Part shown: positions 62,850-64,000 of the stretch, piece by piece | Position numbering within the stretch: the first letter of the stretch is position 1 | How the letters are laid out: every line of letters begins with the position of its first letter | DNA from: Eledone cirrhosa | Lineage: Eukaryota | Assembly: GCA_964016885.1 (NCBI GenBank) | Contig: OZ024753.1 | Coordinates: 21,018,001 to 21,082,000, forward strand | DNA length: 64,000 bases | Direction: 5' to 3' | Position numbers and translations under genes: made by a program | The notes under the pieces: generated by a model | What the model was told of the DNA's origin: nothing | What the model saw: the letters and a program-made list of their open reading frames with translations, nothing else | The model's database searches: none

Positions 62850-63659
62850 AGGAGAGGAGAACTCTAAAATATTGATGCATGTTGGTCAAATCTCAAAAAG
62901 CCGAAAATGCCTCTGAAGGATAGGTAGAGCAAGCACTGAAATACATCGATAATGACGACATAGACCATATAACAAGGGCCAGACAATTTGGGAGCATCTT
63001 GGTGCTCTTCAAAACTGAGGTCCCCTGCAAAACGGACCAAATCACTTTTGTCCTATAGGGGGAGGAGAACAGTAAGGGTCCGTGTTCCCAGAACTCCGCC
63101 AGGACTGGATTTATGGTGGCTCTTGGGATGCATGGTGGTAGAGGGCTCTGACACCCTCCTCGATATTAAATTTACAAAGAGCGACAGGTGGTCCGAGACT
63201 GGGTTGCAGATTCTCCTCCAAATCAGAGCTGAAGACATAAAAAGTATACCGGACCACATAAAACTACCGGATGGGTACGAAATCCAGGTAGTCACAGAGG
63301 CCAAACAGCCGCATTGTTTTGTGTGTGATGAAGTCACACACCTGAGAGCTTTTTGCCCACAATTAAAAACTGCAAGAGGCCACAAACCTCTGTTGCTGCC
63401 AATACCGGTGTTGGGAGGAGGGACAACACCAGCAGCAACAGAAAATGAAACAGCACCATTAACAACAACAGTAGTAGCAACAAGGACAATTAAATCCACC
63501 CAGGTTGTCACTCAAACAAGCTCCCACCTCCCTCTTTCAAACACATACACACAGAACAAATCGCACACACCTGTAAACATACTCCCATTCCCCTCTGACA
63601 CACAGACCCCACACACCAGTTCCTCCAGTTCTCCGAGTGAAGATAAGGAGGAATCCTAA
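62850..63659 (+). pseudogene. L1/Tx1-like ORF1 (gag-like, CCHC knuckle), frameshifted
   Basis: YRGRRTVRVRV..IPDHIKLPDG..IQVVTE..PHCFVCDEVTHLRAFC (CX2CX4HX4C), then a low-complexity Thr/Pro/Lys tail. Confidence 0.75.
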
Positions 63660-64000
63660 AAGCCTAAAAAGCAAAAAACAAAAACAAAAATCCAGCTTCA
63701 CACACACCTACAAGCACACAAAACACACCCACAGCAACACCAACTCCACAACCGCCAACAACACCAACACAAGCACAAGTCATCCAAAACAAAAGAAAAC
63801 AGACGCAGACACCAAAAACAACAGACACACCAAACTTTGTGTTACTAAGGAGGGCCAACAAACAACTAATGGCCCTTGTAATACTAAGTAAAGACATTGA
63901 GAAAGAGGGAGAGAGTTTTGGCACCTGCACCCTCAAAGTGCCCCAAACACTGCAATTTGTGCGGATGCCAATACAAAATTGTAAAAATATTAGGGAGAGC

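Overview
AT-rich eukaryotic (metazoan) DNA that is almost entirely interspersed repeats and (TA)n/(CA)n/(ATG)n microsatellites. The SINE types and repeat landscape suggest a mollusc, probably an octopus (inference). I could not support any host-gene exon. Contents: one intact RTE LINE ORF (1181 aa; APE, RT and three C-terminal C2H2 fingers); at least seven fragments of an RTE group carrying a PHD-like C4HC3 finger after the RT; a young Penelope-like element (PLE) in a tandem-plus-inverted arrangement, with an Asn-rich insert and a GIY-YIG motif disabled at three positions; further PLE relics with hammerhead-ribozyme-like motifs; Dong/R4, CRE-like and L1/Tx1-like relics; non-autonomous Helitrons; mariner derivatives; two tRNA-derived SINE families; and many foldback/inverted structures. 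Nothing here proves a wholly new system. The best candidates are the endonuclease-dead but RT-intact PLE locus, the intact zinc-finger RTE, the hammerhead motifs and the inversion/snap-back products. All alignments were done by eye, and boundaries of decayed elements are approximate.
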